DNA of 64,000 nucleotides from Candidatus Calditenuaceae archaeon HR02. GTDB lineage: Archaea > Thermoproteota > Nitrososphaeria_A > Caldarchaeales > Calditenuaceae. A program made the translations under genes and the position numbers. The DNA is taken from NCBI GenBank assembly GCA_002898395.1, contig BEHE01000002.1, positions 1 through 64,000 on the forward strand. The letters are read 5' to 3'. The notes under the pieces were generated by a model that worked only from the letters and a program-made list of their open reading frames with translations, was not told where the DNA came from and did no database searches. Every line of letters begins with the position of its first letter. Within the stretch, counting starts at the first letter, position 1. Positions 38,440-47,960 of the stretch are shown in pieces.

Positions 38440-41400
38440 ATGGCCCTCCGCTTAGCAGTTTTGACGACCATTTACGTGTTTATCGTCTTATACATACTCT
38501 TAGGTAGCGTGAATGCGAGTGAGGAGGCTGTAGGTTCGTCCACAATAGTTTTTACTGTTTTGAGGAGCGATAATAGGCCCGTGGAAGATGGGCTGAGGTT
38601 CGTAGTGCTGGATTCGTCGGGCTCGGAGACAGTACTTGAGACAGTAGGTGGAAGGTTGATGGTCCCATCTAAAATGGGAGCTCACCTAGTAGGTCCACTG
38701 GTTGGGAGCGGAGATGCCTACCTCCCAATCAACATCTCCTTAGATAGTTTCGCGGATTCAGATTTAGAGCCTGTGATAGTGCTTGAGAGGGCTGTCGTAG
38801 TCAAGTTTGTTGAGCTGTTTCCTTGGATTGACGGAAGCCCACTGACGGTCCACTATAGGCTCGAGCTTGAAAGCGAGGGGTCGATCTATCCTAAGACAAT
38901 GCGCTGGAGCCACTATGTCGAAGGGTTGAAGAGGGTGGTTGGGCTTGGAGAGGGAGAGGTCCTTGTTCCGCTCTCTCTGAGCTATAGGCTGTACGGGGAG
39001 TTTGAGTCTGCGGAAGGCGGGGTGGTTAGTTGGACAGCAGACCTCACAAGGCCAATCCGCGAAGCCCAGCCAATCTCTCTGCTACATGCAATCTATCCGC
39101 AGGCCATAAGAGTTGTAGAGAATATCGCCTCAGAGGCCAGATCTAAGCTTGAAAATCTTACTGTGAAGGGGGTCTACCTAGGATACCAACTAGCTATGGT
39201 TGAGAGGGCCAGGGAGCGTATCGAGTCTTCGAGAGAGATGTTCGAGCAGGGTCGGTTAAGAGGCGCATACCAGCTGCTAAGGAGGGCCTACATGGACCTA
39301 GTGGGAATAAACGCGGTATTGTCCGGCTACAATGATCGACAGGTCTCAGGCGGTGTTCTCTTCCCGCTTTTCATGGTTTTGGGGGCGCTCACATTTAGCC
39401 ACCTAGTCTTTGGCGAGAAGAAGTCCAGCATACTTGCGGGTTTGGGTTTGATTAGCGTCATTACATTCGGTTTTATGGCAATTGCATACCCATTTTTATT
39501 GCCTAGCGACGCGTGGGGATGGTCAACCCTCCTATATAGCATACTTGCCATGCTCGGCCTATTCTTGAGCATCCCATCTCTAGGCCTTGAGATTAGGACG
39601 CAGCGCGGAGTGGCATTGCTTGCAGCCTCGTCACTGGCGTTCAGCGTTGCGAGTAGGTTCCTCAAGACACGGCCGTTGAGAACTTGGATAATGGTGGTTA
39701 TGGCTGCAATCACGGTGTCATCCACCCTGCTACTTATCAACACGGGCATCGAGAGCCAGGTATTCGTATCAAGCCCGCTAGAAAAAACCAGCCCACCGGA
39801 CACACCCTACATTGTAGCATATAGTAGAGAATATAGATACGATAATCTGGCTGCTGTTGATATGCGTTATGTCAGCTTCTTTAGAAGCCTCGGATTGGAT
39901 GTCGGGCTAAGGGCGGAGACACCAATCGCCCAGCCGAGTGGCAGAGAATACTACATCAACAATAGGAGGTATAACCTGAGAGGTATTATTGGTGTTTCCG
40001 GCAATACGCCCTTACCAAAAGAACTGTTACAATGCATTATTTCTGGAGAAGTAGACAATGTTGGGCTGAATTCTTCAGCTTCAGTCATTTCTCAGGACTT
40101 GGCAGAGAATCTTGGAGTCTCGGTTGGATCTCAGATAATCGTTAATGGGCTTAAGCTCCGAGTTGTTGGAATAATAGGTATTGATTGCCCAACGTATCTT
40201 AAGGACGTTGACGGGTATTTTGCATCCACACTTATCCGGCCTCCCATGTCCCCCGTTACACCTGCGGGCTGGTCAAATGTAATAGTGACCGGACTTGACG
40301 AGGCACTTAGGTTAGGTGCGGTTCCCACCAAAATATATGTGGTGGGTGGAAGCGACGACAAAATCTATGAGCTCGCCGAGGTGATAAGTCTCCACACCAA
40401 CCTCAAAGTCAGGGTTATTAAGTCTGGAGGCGAAGTCTACGTCTTCAATCTAGTAGGTTTAAGGGGCATATCGGGGGGAGAGGCTCTTGTTGTTGCGAGT
40501 ATCGCTTTCTTAAACCTCATGGTTGCGTCCTTAGCAAACTATTATGAGAGGAGGGGGGAGTTCTTTACAATGTCAACGCTAGGGCTCAATCCCGGGCATA
40601 TCTTGCTGCTAACTTTGGCAGAGGCCATATTCCTCGGCACCATCTCCGCGTTTCTGGGAATATTGGTGGCGCTAGTTGTCCTGAAAATTGTACCCGCTGT
40701 TACACCCATACCCATTGACTTCAAGCTATCGGTGGAGAGCTTGATGGGCGTACTCGCTCTCTCCGCCATGATTTTCATCACCTCACACATTGTATCGGTT
40801 CGCAGAAGTATCATACTCACCACCCCCGCCCAGACTTGGAAATGGGTCTTGACAAAGGCTTTAGACGACGAGGGATACTGGAAGGTCGAGCTACCCGCCA
40901 AGCTGAGAGCATCAAGAATTAAACACTTCATAACCTACATAAGCTCTAGGCTCAGCGAATACAGCTATACCACGACCGTGAACATAAACGTCCAGGAAGT
41001 TAAAGAGGATGTGATGTTAGGAGTCTATAGGATAAGATTCATCTACTCTTCAACTGAGCAGAGGTCCTTCAGAGCTGCTTGCATACTTGAGGTGTATAGA
41101 CGTGGAGAGTGGTGCTCTCTTGTCCTGCGATCAAAGATCGAGGCACAGGATGCTAGGTTCATTGACCAGTACATTAGGGAGATAACTCAGCTTATACGGC
41201 AGTTCACTATAGAGTATGCTTCCCTGACTATTCGGATTTTGGTCCCGCTGGGCCGTGACCTTGGGCATATTATGCCGCTACTCTCTGTCTACAACCCCAG
41301 CGAGGTAAAGCTCATTTGGCGTGGAATGTCGGAAGAGGATTTGAGAGGGGCTGTAGAGGAGCTGGAGAGAAACATGGTTAGGGTCGCTGTGGTCAGGTTG

Positions 41401-41607
41401 TCTTCTTCAGGACCGGTTGCCGCTGACGCCAAGACTGTTATCGAGGCCGCAAAAGGCTGTGACTTGGTCTGTATATCATCTGACGATGGTTATCTTTCTT
41501 CTATTGCTCTGCTAGCCGCACAGCGCCTTAATAAGCGGATATGTATCGTCAAGGACTCTATGGTTATTGAAGCTACAGCTGTAAGCCTGTGGGAGCAGCT
41601 CCGCTAG
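38440..41607 (+). CDS. large FtsX/MacB-like ABC permease with extra C-terminal Rossmann/CARF-like domain
   Basis: Signal peptide, extracytoplasmic domains, RPLRT, YERRGEFFTMSTLGLNPGHI..EA FtsX motif, about 125-aa extra tail. Confidence 0.85.
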   Translation: MALRLAVLTTIYVFIVLYILLGSVNASEEAVGSSTIVFTVLRSDNRPVEDGLRFVVLDSSGSETVLETVGGRLMVPSKMGAHLVGPLVGSGDAYLPINISLDSFADSDLEPVIVLERAVVVKFVELFPWIDGSPLTVHYRLELESEGSIYPKTMRWSHYVEGLKRVVGLGEGEVLVPLSLSYRLYGEFESAEGGVVSWTADLTRPIREAQPISLLHAIYPQAIRVVENIASEARSKLENLTVKGVYLGYQLAMVERARERIESSREMFEQGRLRGAYQLLRRAYMDLVGINAVLSGYNDRQVSGGVLFPLFMVLGALTFSHLVFGEKKSSILAGLGLISVITFGFMAIAYPFLLPSDAWGWSTLLYSILAMLGLFLSIPSLGLEIRTQRGVALLAASSLAFSVASRFLKTRPLRTWIMVVMAAITVSSTLLLINTGIESQVFVSSPLEKTSPPDTPYIVAYSREYRYDNLAAVDMRYVSFFRSLGLDVGLRAETPIAQPSGREYYINNRRYNLRGIIGVSGNTPLPKELLQCIISGEVDNVGLNSSASVISQDLAENLGVSVGSQIIVNGLKLRVVGIIGIDCPTYLKDVDGYFASTLIRPPMSPVTPAGWSNVIVTGLDEALRLGAVPTKIYVVGGSDDKIYELAEVISLHTNLKVRVIKSGGEVYVFNLVGLRGISGGEALVVASIAFLNLMVASLANYYERRGEFFTMSTLGLNPGHILLLTLAEAIFLGTISAFLGILVALVVLKIVPAVTPIPIDFKLSVESLMGVLALSAMIFITSHIVSVRRSIILTTPAQTWKWVLTKALDDEGYWKVELPAKLRASRIKHFITYISSRLSEYSYTTTVNINVQEVKEDVMLGVYRIRFIYSSTEQRSFRAACILEVYRRGEWCSLVLRSKIEAQDARFIDQYIREITQLIRQFTIEYASLTIRILVPLGRDLGHIMPLLSVYNPSEVKLIWRGMSEEDLRGAVEELERNMVRVAVVRLSSSGPVAADAKTVIEAAKGCDLVCISSDDGYLSSIALLAAQRLNKRICIVKDSMVIEATAVSLWEQLR

Positions 41608-41608
41608 G

Positions 41609-42631
41609 CTACGCCGCCATTCTTATAACCTCTGCTATTCGGGGAATAGCAACCCTGATCTCCTTGAGGGGTAGGGGCTGTAAGACTAGGTGTTCAACAC
41701 CTGCGTCTAGGTACTCTCCTATACGCTGGGCCGCATCTTCTATAGACCCAACAATGTTAAGCGCCGACACCATTTCAGGTGTCACGTCACCCACAGAGGT
41801 TACGGCCTTGAAGCCCATCTTCCTAACTCTAACCGAGTTGAACCAGAGGACTGTCTGTGCAAGGAGTGGTATTCCCTTCCTGAGGGCTGAATTCCTTCTC
41901 TTTTCGATTACAGTGAAGGCCATACAGCCGGCTTCAATCTTCCGCGGCTTCCTACCAGCTCTCTCTGCGGCCTCGTAGAGAGCCTCCAGCTCCAAGGAGT
42001 ATATCTGTGGAGGGACACATATTGGCAGCCAGCCATCCGCAACACCCGCTATCCCCCTGATCACCCTGTCTATGTTCGCTGCAGCCCATATGGGTGGGTG
42101 AGGCCTCTGCACGGGTTTCGCCCCGAAGCCCGGAGTCCTTATGCTAAAGAATTTTCCCTGAAACTCTACACTACCCCCACTCAAGAGCTTTTCCAACACT
42201 CCTATGAATTCTAAGAACCTCTCAGCCACATCTCCTTGGACTGAGAAGCCCCATTCGGGACTGGGGCAGCAGCTACCGACCCCGGCTATCAGTCTGCCCT
42301 CCGAGAGGCGGTCCAGCGATATGAGCGTCTGGGCAGTATTGACCGGGTGTCTTCTATAAGTGGCTAAGACAGCGCTTCCGACACTAACCCTGCGAGTTGC
42401 CCTAGCCATTTCGGCCATACAGAGGATGGCGTCTTGGGTTTCTTTTTGGAAAACGCCTACTAGGTCGTCATTAACCCACACGCTGTCAAACCTTACCCCC
42501 TCAACCTCCCGCGCAATTTTAGCTGCGGCATCGAGAGAGAAGTTGGGGAGGGAGATACCGAATCTCACACGAGGACGTGGCACAGAAGACAGTCTGCGAG
42601 GTTGGATAAAAGGTCTATCAGGATTTAACAC
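41609..42631 (-). CDS. LLM-class flavin/F420-dependent oxidoreductase
   Basis: FDSVWVNDD, RHPV..AQ..SLDRLSEGRLIAGVG, PVQRPHPPIW, ADGWLP. Confidence 0.9.
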   Translation of the reverse strand: MLNPDRPFIQPRRLSSVPRPRVRFGISLPNFSLDAAAKIAREVEGVRFDSVWVNDDLVGVFQKETQDAILCMAEMARATRRVSVGSAVLATYRRHPVNTAQTLISLDRLSEGRLIAGVGSCCPSPEWGFSVQGDVAERFLEFIGVLEKLLSGGSVEFQGKFFSIRTPGFGAKPVQRPHPPIWAAANIDRVIRGIAGVADGWLPICVPPQIYSLELEALYEAAERAGRKPRKIEAGCMAFTVIEKRRNSALRKGIPLLAQTVLWFNSVRVRKMGFKAVTSVGDVTPEMVSALNIVGSIEDAAQRIGEYLDAGVEHLVLQPLPLKEIRVAIPRIAEVIRMAA

Positions 42632-43457
42632 ACTTAATCAGGGTGGTGATATAGTCTCGGCTTTCACGGGCACTGTACACAGGGTCTTTCTCTGAGAAGT
42701 CCTGCTCAACAACCAGCCACTCAACTAGGCCCGAGTACTTCAATAGTGAAATTATTCTCGGAAAGTCTATAATTCCGCTGCCCAATTCTGTTGTAAGCTC
42801 ATACCACTTCTCTACACGCCCAGCTCTCTTGGTAAAGGGCTTAATGTCCTTTAGATGAGCGTACGTAATACGGTCAAGATATCTCTCAATCACTTTGGCT
42901 GGGTCCATTCCTGCCAGCGCTAGGTGGGCCGTGTCAGGGCAGAATCCAAGAAGCTCCGGCTCGATTCTTGATAAGACGTATTCTAGTTCTGTCTGCGTCT
43001 CGATGAGGGTGTCATAGTGGTTGTGGAGAGAGGGTTTAATGCCGTTGTCAACGAATACTTTTAGAGCTTCGGCTAACGTTTTTACGAGTTGGTCTAATAG
43101 CTGGAGGACTTGGTCTTGTGAGAGTCCGGCGCTTAATCCTCCACCGGGCGGCCCAATTATTACATTCTCACAGCCTACTCTTCTATAAGTCTCTGCTAGC
43201 CTTGCCGCCTGGTAGAGTATATTGTTACGCTCCTCTCTCTTGTGAAAATCTGCCGACCAGTATATGCCTGAGACTGTTAGGCCTTGGTTCTTCACTGCAT
43301 GAAATAGAGTTGAGTGGTCGAAGCCACCATCCTTTGTAAGCCTCTGTAGCTCGAACTCGGCGAACTCGACTCCCTCGAAGCCGAGAGCCTTGGCGCACTC
43401 AAGGAACTCTACTACGGGCCGCCGTATGAATATTAACCGCTCAATCGAGAGCTTCAT
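42618..43457 (-). CDS. IolE-like sugar phosphate isomerase/dehydratase (TIM barrel)
   Basis: HNHYDTLIET, CPDTAHL, YAHLKD, ELGSGIIDF, VEQD. Confidence 0.85.
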   Translation of the reverse strand: MKLSIERLIFIRRPVVEFLECAKALGFEGVEFAEFELQRLTKDGGFDHSTLFHAVKNQGLTVSGIYWSADFHKREERNNILYQAARLAETYRRVGCENVIIGPPGGGLSAGLSQDQVLQLLDQLVKTLAEALKVFVDNGIKPSLHNHYDTLIETQTELEYVLSRIEPELLGFCPDTAHLALAGMDPAKVIERYLDRITYAHLKDIKPFTKRAGRVEKWYELTTELGSGIIDFPRIISLLKYSGLVEWLVVEQDFSEKDPVYSARESRDYITTLIKCVKS

Positions 43458-44050
43458 ACCTCGACGCGGAAGGCCTCCGCGGGACTCATTTTTGAAGCGT
43501 GATAGGAGGGGTATGCCGTAGCAAAGAGTGAGAGTATGGCAGCATACAATAGCCCCTGTCCCATGATGTAGAGATACTCGGTGGGTGCAACCATACCGAT
43601 TTCCGCGGCCCTACCGTAAGCTGAAAGGAGCCATACACCGACCCCAAGCCCTACCAACACACCGAAGCCTCCACCAATCACTCCTATTATAACAGACTCA
43701 ATAAGGTAGAGTAGGAGTACGTGCCTATCTGCTGCTCCAAGCGTCTTGATTGTTGCTATCTCCCTATAACGCTCAGCAACAGAGATTAACAGCGAGTTGA
43801 ACACACCGAGACCCGCCACTAGAAGCGCTACGAAGATGAGCCAAAACTGGTAGGCAGCAAATTCTGTCCCTTGGGCTACACGGTTTACAGTTCCGAGAGT
43901 GAGTATTACAGTCATAAACGCTATAGCCAGGAGGACGGAAAGCATTGTTAATAGAGAGCGGCTAAACCTCTTCCTTATGTTTAGGAAGACAAGCTTCAGA
44001 AGCTCGCTTGTGGGGAAGGACACCCGGCCATATGTACCCTCTTTAGCCAT
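43454..44050 (-). CDS. minimal FtsX/MacB-like permease lacking extracytoplasmic domain
   Basis: RFSRSLLT, NSLLISVAERYREIATIKTLGA, ES..G, PAEAFRVE. Confidence 0.9.
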   Translation of the reverse strand: MAKEGTYGRVSFPTSELLKLVFLNIRKRFSRSLLTMLSVLLAIAFMTVILTLGTVNRVAQGTEFAAYQFWLIFVALLVAGLGVFNSLLISVAERYREIATIKTLGAADRHVLLLYLIESVIIGVIGGGFGVLVGLGVGVWLLSAYGRAAEIGMVAPTEYLYIMGQGLLYAAILSLFATAYPSYHASKMSPAEAFRVEV

Positions 44051-44062
44051 CGATTAATACAT

Positions 44063-44482
44063 TTAGCCACGCTGATTTAAGCGTTGATCCTCCTCTCTAT
44101 TCATCTCCACCCTCAAATATATGAGGCCGCGGGTTGACAGCATCTGAAGATAGCGAAGTAGGCTTATTTCTGCCTCCTCCCGCGTCATCTTGAAACTCCT
44201 CACAAGTAGATTCGCGATCTCCCTTACATTCCTTTCTCCATCTATGTTCTCCCAGACAAACCCGCCAACTTTGTCCAGTATGAAGGTGCGGAACTCGGGG
44301 ACTGGTAAGAGGCGCTGAAGAACTCCTCGGGGGCGAGGCATTCTAAGTCTCACACTCATCTCGCCCGAAGCTGTGGTAGTGGACTCGGTGTTGGGGTTTT
44401 TTACAGGTATCATTTTCAGAGCCTCTTCAAGACTTACAGTTGGCAGTTGAGGTCTCCGTCTTCTAAACAGTCTCAAGACCAC
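44063..44482 (-). CDS. PqqD/RRE-like winged-helix protein
   Basis: PVKNP, LDKVGGFVWENIDGERNVREI, EAEISLLRYLQML..RGLI. Confidence 0.85.
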   Translation of the reverse strand: MVLRLFRRRRPQLPTVSLEEALKMIPVKNPNTESTTTASGEMSVRLRMPRPRGVLQRLLPVPEFRTFILDKVGGFVWENIDGERNVREIANLLVRSFKMTREEAEISLLRYLQMLSTRGLIYLRVEMNREEDQRLNQRG

Positions 44483-44571
44483 TAGCCAGTCTGGTAGGGG
44501 GCTTAAAGATTTTTCATCACCTTTATCACGGAAAATAAAGGTTATAAGCCGCTAAGACCTGTGAAGTCCCA

Positions 44572-45963
44572 ATGTCGCGCAAAGTAGTGCTAGGCGATGA
44601 TGACTTGCCTACCGAGTGGTATAATATCCTGCCAGACCTTCCTAAACCTTTGCCGCCGCCTATTGACCCCGCAACAAAGTCTCCTGGTCCCGGAATACTG
44701 CCGAGGCTCTTCACAAAGGAGCAGTTAAACCAAGAAATGAGCAGTGAGAGATGGATCAGAATTCCAGAAGAGGTGAGAGAGGCATACAGGCTGTGGAGAC
44801 CCACGCCCCTCATCCGGGCGGTCAGGCTCGAGAGAGCATTGAAGACTCCAGCTAGGATTTACTACAAATATGAGGGTATTTCACCGCCGGGCTCCCACAA
44901 GCCAAATACGGCTGTGGCTCAGGCCTACTACTACATGAAGGAGGGTGTAGAAAGGGTGACCACGGAGACCGGTGCTGGTCAGTGGGGGAGCGCACTAGCC
45001 TTCGCCAGTATGCTATTCGGGCTGAAGGCAACTGTATACATGGTCAGGGCAAGCTATGATCAGAAGCCTTACCGCCGGATATTGATGCAGGCATGGGGTG
45101 CTGAGATCTTGCCGAGCCCTAGCGATAGGACAGAGTTCGGGAGGCGGATACTGCAGTCTGATCCAGATAATCCGGGTAGCCTGGGGATAGCGATTAGCGA
45201 GGCGATAGAGGATGCGCTAAACCATGACAACGTAAAGTATAGCATAGGTAGTGTGGCGAATCATGTTCTGCTGCACCAGACGGTCCAAGGATTAGAGGCT
45301 AAGAAACAGCTAGAGCTTCTAGACGAGTATCCGGATATTGTGGCAGGCTGTGTTGGTGGAGGTAGTAGCTTTTCAGGCCTCTTCTGGCCCTTCTACTACG
45401 ACAGGGTTGCAAAGAAGGCGCCTAAGGAGGTTAAATTCGTTGGGACCGAGCCCACAGCCTGCCCCACGATGACTAAGGGCATCTACACCTACGACTTCGG
45501 CGACACAGCTAGGCTGACCCCAATGCTACCCATGTATACTTTGGGATCGGACTTCATACCCCCACCCATCCACGCTGGCGGCCTCAGATACCACGGCGAC
45601 GCACCCACCCTCTGTCTACTCCTGAAGGAAGGATACATCGAGCCCAGGGCCTATAATCAAGTAGAGGTCTTTGAGGCTGCCACAATCTTTGCGCGAACCG
45701 AGGGGATCATACCTGCACCGGAGCCCAGCCACACAATAAAATACGTGGTTGACGAGGCTCTGAGATGTAAGAGAACTGGCGAGAAGAAGGTCATACTTTT
45801 CAACCTCTGCGGCCACGGACATTTCGACCTGCAGGCCTATCAGGAGTTCTTCGAAGGGAGGCTCCAACCCTGGGAGTATCCAGAGGAAGCAGTGAAGAGA
45901 TCGATAGAGCGCCTCCTATCTGAGTATCCATGGGTCAAGGACCTCCCCTTCCTAAAGTACTAG
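44572..45963 (+). CDS. trpB2: TrpB2 (stand-alone tryptophan synthase beta, type 2)
   Basis: [35 protein letters not shown]. Confidence 0.95.
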   Translation: MSRKVVLGDDDLPTEWYNILPDLPKPLPPPIDPATKSPGPGILPRLFTKEQLNQEMSSERWIRIPEEVREAYRLWRPTPLIRAVRLERALKTPARIYYKYEGISPPGSHKPNTAVAQAYYYMKEGVERVTTETGAGQWGSALAFASMLFGLKATVYMVRASYDQKPYRRILMQAWGAEILPSPSDRTEFGRRILQSDPDNPGSLGIAISEAIEDALNHDNVKYSIGSVANHVLLHQTVQGLEAKKQLELLDEYPDIVAGCVGGGSSFSGLFWPFYYDRVAKKAPKEVKFVGTEPTACPTMTKGIYTYDFGDTARLTPMLPMYTLGSDFIPPPIHAGGLRYHGDAPTLCLLLKEGYIEPRAYNQVEVFEAATIFARTEGIIPAPEPSHTIKYVVDEALRCKRTGEKKVILFNLCGHGHFDLQAYQEFFEGRLQPWEYPEEAVKRSIERLLSEYPWVKDLPFLKY

Positions 45964-46011
45964 AGGGGCAGCGAGGTTTATAAATAGAGCCGGAGGTCTC
46001 AGGCATTAGAA

Positions 46012-46173
46012 TTGGTCCTGACAGACACATTCCTGATACAGCTGGCGCAGAGAAGAAGACTACACTATAAGATCTGTAGGAGGTGCGGGGCTAGGAACTC
46101 GCCCGACGCGGAGAAATGTAGGAAATGCAGGAGCAGGAACCTCAGGTGGAAGAAGAGGGAGCTAAAGAGGTAG
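46012..46173 (+). CDS. rpl40e: 50S ribosomal protein L40e
   Basis: Not in the ORF track. TTG start; MVLTDTFLIQLAQRRRLHYKICRRCGARNSPDAEKCRKCRSRNLRWKKRELKR; TATA-like TTTATAAA at about 45977. Confidence 0.95.
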   Translation: MVLTDTFLIQLAQRRRLHYKICRRCGARNSPDAEKCRKCRSRNLRWKKRELKR

Positions 46174-46179
46174 AGGGCT

Positions 46180-46944
46180 TCAACTCGTCTCCTTAATTTT
46201 TAGGTGAGACATCTTCACCGGAACGGACCTGAAGAGGGGGTGAATTTCTACAGAGAGGTCTCTAGCACCATGCGGCGCCGCGATAATCCACGCAAATTTT
46301 ATTCCATTAAGCGAGGTCCCCACGTTGGGATGGTATCCCCTCTCGATCAGAACTACGTCACCGTCTCTGACTACGTGGGCTTCTTCACCTTCCTCGTCCA
46401 TCAGGAGCTGAACACCAAACCCTGGATTCATCCCGTAGAAGATGTAGGCCTCGGGTTTTCCGTCATGTCTATGTGGGGGATAACTTGTCCACGATGCCCC
46501 AATACTCTCGGTATAGCCTGCCAGAAAACGGTCAACTGGGTCATCTTCACTAATCATCACCACTATGGTCCGCGCATAACAATCTTGGCCGGACTCTATC
46601 TTGGGTGCGTCATTAAACCTCTTTACGAACTGATTACTCCGAGCGAATCCCCGCGCCTCCGCTACGTAAATGTTTGCATCGCCCTCAGCCTGTATATCGA
46701 GTCCGACATCCCGCGGCGTGTAGATCATGTCTCTCACACGGAGCAGCTCGTTGTTCACAATTAGAGCGCCGTCGGTCGAGAAGACAATTCGTTCATACTC
46801 AGCAGCCTCCATGGAGTATTTCTCACCCCTTCTAGCCCTGACATGGTATAGGGCAAAATCACCTGTCGCAAATAATCTCTCTAAGGCGTTGCGGGTTTCC
46901 CTTGCCCGTATCAGGCGCCCCCTCAACCTACAACACACCCACAC
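46180..46944 (-). CDS. iolB: 5-deoxy-glucuronate isomerase IolB/KduI family
   Basis: WTSYPPHRHD..EAY, GFGVQ, GDVVLI.RGYHP; start uncertain. Confidence 0.82.
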   Translation of the reverse strand: MWVCCRLRGRLIRARETRNALERLFATGDFALYHVRARRGEKYSMEAAEYERIVFSTDGALIVNNELLRVRDMIYTPRDVGLDIQAEGDANIYVAEARGFARSNQFVKRFNDAPKIESGQDCYARTIVVMISEDDPVDRFLAGYTESIGASWTSYPPHRHDGKPEAYIFYGMNPGFGVQLLMDEEGEEAHVVRDGDVVLIERGYHPNVGTSLNGIKFAWIIAAPHGARDLSVEIHPLFRSVPVKMSHLKIKETS

Positions 46945-46949
46945 AGCCC

Positions 46950-47960
46950 CTATTGAGAAGTAGGCTTGGTTATCTCGTCGATCCTTTTCAAGTCGTCTGA
47001 AGAGAGCTTCACATCCACGGCCTGGAGATTCTCTTCAAGCTGCTCCGGCCTAGTTGATCCAATTATAGGTGCTGTGACTTCTGGCTGGTGGAGTATCCAC
47101 GCTAAACTGAGCTGAGCCAGCGTTATGCCTTTCTCCTTAGCCATCAAAGCGAGCTCGTTCACTATCTTGAGATTTCTCTCGGTGAGGAGGGGGTTTACTG
47201 AGGTGCTATATGATGCTCTCGCATCACCCACTAGTCCCGCGAGGTATCGTCCAGCAAGTAGCCCCTGGGCTAGAGGGGAGTAGCATATGACGCCTATACC
47301 AGTCTGCCTAACTAAGGGGAAGAGCTCTTTTTCAGCTTCGCGCTGGAGGAGGTTGTATAGTGGCTGGACACTTACGAATTTCACGATCCCAAGTCTCTCT
47401 GATACCGCGAGGGCCTGGGATATCTGCCAGGCCTGAAAGTTTGAGCAACCGACATAGTGAACGAGGCCAGCCCTGACTAGGTCGTCGAAAGTCCTCAATG
47501 TCTCTTCAAGAGATGTTGATGGGTCAAAGCCATGGGCCTGGTATAGGTCGATGTAGCTGGTCTGGAGTCTGGAGAGGCTATCCCTCAACGCCTTCATAAC
47601 ATGCTTTCTGGAGAGCCCCTCATCATTAGGGCCATTTCCCATGGGAAACCTGACCTTGGTAGCAATAACTAGTGACTCTCTATCGACCATCTGGAGGAAT
47701 CTGCCCAGCAATCTCTCAGCATATCCCACATGGGTCACGGGAACCGGCGCCACGGCACCGTGATATCGGTTTGCGGTATCGATCGCGTTTATCCCCATAT
47801 CGACTGCCTTTCTCCAAAGCTTGAGTGTTGCCTCCTCGTTGATCTTCCTCACACCATAGGTATCCACTTCGGGGAGCGTCGGGAGATACCATGTGCCGAG
47901 GACTAGGCATGAAATTTTTAGGCCGCTCCGTCCCAGCTGCCTATACTGGATTGGCATCAC
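46950..47960 (-). CDS. aldo/keto reductase
   Basis: LGRSGLKIS, DTANRY, IATKV, SLSRLQTSYIDLYQAH, YSPLAQG. Confidence 0.93.
   Translation of the reverse strand: MMPIQYRQLGRSGLKISCLVLGTWYLPTLPEVDTYGVRKINEEATLKLWRKAVDMGINAIDTANRYHGAVAPVPVTHVGYAERLLGRFLQMVDRESLVIATKVRFPMGNGPNDEGLSRKHVMKALRDSLSRLQTSYIDLYQAHGFDPSTSLEETLRTFDDLVRAGLVHYVGCSNFQAWQISQALAVSERLGIVKFVSVQPLYNLLQREAEKELFPLVRQTGIGVICYSPLAQGLLAGRYLAGLVGDARASYSTSVNPLLTERNLKIVNELALMAKEKGITLAQLSLAWILHQPEVTAPIIGSTRPEQLEENLQAVDVKLSSDDLKRIDEITKPTSQ

Noticed and set aside
44063-44482. PqqD-like gene as evidence for PQQ or RiPP biosynthesis, given the PQQ-dependent dehydrogenase at 12504
   Set aside because: No pqqA/B/C/E, radical SAM, YcaO or plausible precursor peptide nearby, and the dehydrogenase is 30 kb away.
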